NCBI RefSeq assembly: GCF_009914755.1
Contig: NC_060925.1
Source of the DNA: the human T2T-CHM13v2.0 reference genome, Homo sapiens
Length of the DNA: 64,000 bases
Direction: 5' to 3' (one strand)
Part shown: positions 62,891 to 64,000 of the stretch, one piece after another
Numbering within the stretch: the first letter of the stretch is position 1
Layout of the letters: each line of letters opens with the position of its first letter
Notes under the pieces: model-generated
Database searches by the model: none
What the model was told of the DNA's origin: nothing
Seen by the model: the letters and a program-made list of their open reading frames with translations, nothing else
Position numbers and translations under genes: made by a program

Positions 62891-64000
62891 AAGCCTTGCA
62901 GTAGTGTAGACATTATCCAGCTTCCTGGGCTTTTTTCACTTTGTGTTGAAGGGTACACATTGGATGAGATATCATTCATCCTCAGGAGAGGGTTTAGTTT
63001 AATATTGACCATCCTTAGGAAGCTTTGTTGGAGGAAAAAGAATACTTGAATTTGTACCTGACTCTTACTTCTGCCCACGTCTTTCACTACAGTATACTCC
63101 AAGCTTGTACTATATGATCTTCCCTGCTGTTTAGTTTATATAACACTGTTTTTTCAGACCTCAATGTAGCATCTTTCATTTCCCTCCTACATCACCATGT
63201 CCACATTAAATCTCAGCTTCTGGAAAACAGAGGTGAGTTGCTAAATATATCTTAAGCTCACTTTAGCCACCATCTTCAATGCCTTATTCTCTTTGCCTTC
63301 TTTTTTCCTCTCATTTTTGGCTGAAATACTAGAACTGATTTTCATAGAACCAAAGGTTTATAGGAAATAATCTACCATTAAGTGGCAGTTATAAAGACTT
63401 TTCATATTCAGCATGTAAAGTATGTTAAAGATGCAGGCTCTGGATTATTTAATTTTATATTTTGTTTCTGTTTCATTTGCAATTTGGTATTTTCATTCTG
63501 TTTGATGCCTTAGTTGAAGAATTGGAAAGAACATGAAAACCTCAAATCACATTTATTTGGCTCTTTCAGTTTCAGTGGGGAAAAAAATTGAAAATATCTG
63601 CTAAAATGACATTGTATACTTTCTAATGCAAACTAATTTTTATCTGCAATTCATTTTTCAGATTTTAATTTAAGGATGTATATGTGTATTGAGAGGCCAA
63701 GTAAGGCATATAACCATTTCCATTCTAAAAGCTTCATAATTTCTCTTAGTATGTGAGTTATTAATGCTTCCCCTAAAGATAAATTATCCCAGAACTCTTC
63801 CATTTTTCTCTAGTTCACATTCTCTGACATATAGCTATATCTGCACTGTTTCCCCTCCCTCACCTACCAATAGGCCTTTAACAGGAGGCAGCTATCATCA
63901 TTCATTGATATTATTGAGTGTAGTGTAGTATGAAGTGTTCCAGAATATCTCCATGTGACTACCCCTATTCTATGATGTAAGTGAAAGATTGATAAGTTGT

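Overview
Human/primate genomic DNA, AT-rich and dense in repeats. It lies inside the HS2ST1 gene (heparan sulfate 2-O-sulfotransferase 1, + strand): the 3' ~53.6 kb of the intron before the second coding exon, that 239-bp exon (53664-53902, encoding the PAPS-binding RVPKTAST loop), and ~10 kb of the next intron. The only other protein-derived sequence is a disabled processed pseudogene of UBA2 (SUMO E1 subunit SAE2) at ~22872-25319. It has a twin-priming 5' inversion and appears to have inserted into the A-tail of an existing AluS. The rest is Alu, L1, L2/MIR, MaLR LTR and Charlie/Tigger remnants; nearly all listed ORFs are repeat-derived or chance. I see no evidence of a new multi-gene system. 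The most unusual structures are: a 290-bp near-perfect palindrome (136-bp arms, 7 mismatches) inside an ancient L1; the nested Alu/UBA2 insertion; a head-to-head Alu fusion suggesting a deletion; inverted Alus bracketing the exon; a flank duplication inside a Tigger-like element; and two young tandem repeats. Gene identities and repeat subfamilies are recognised from memory, not from database searches; boundaries of old repeats are approximate.
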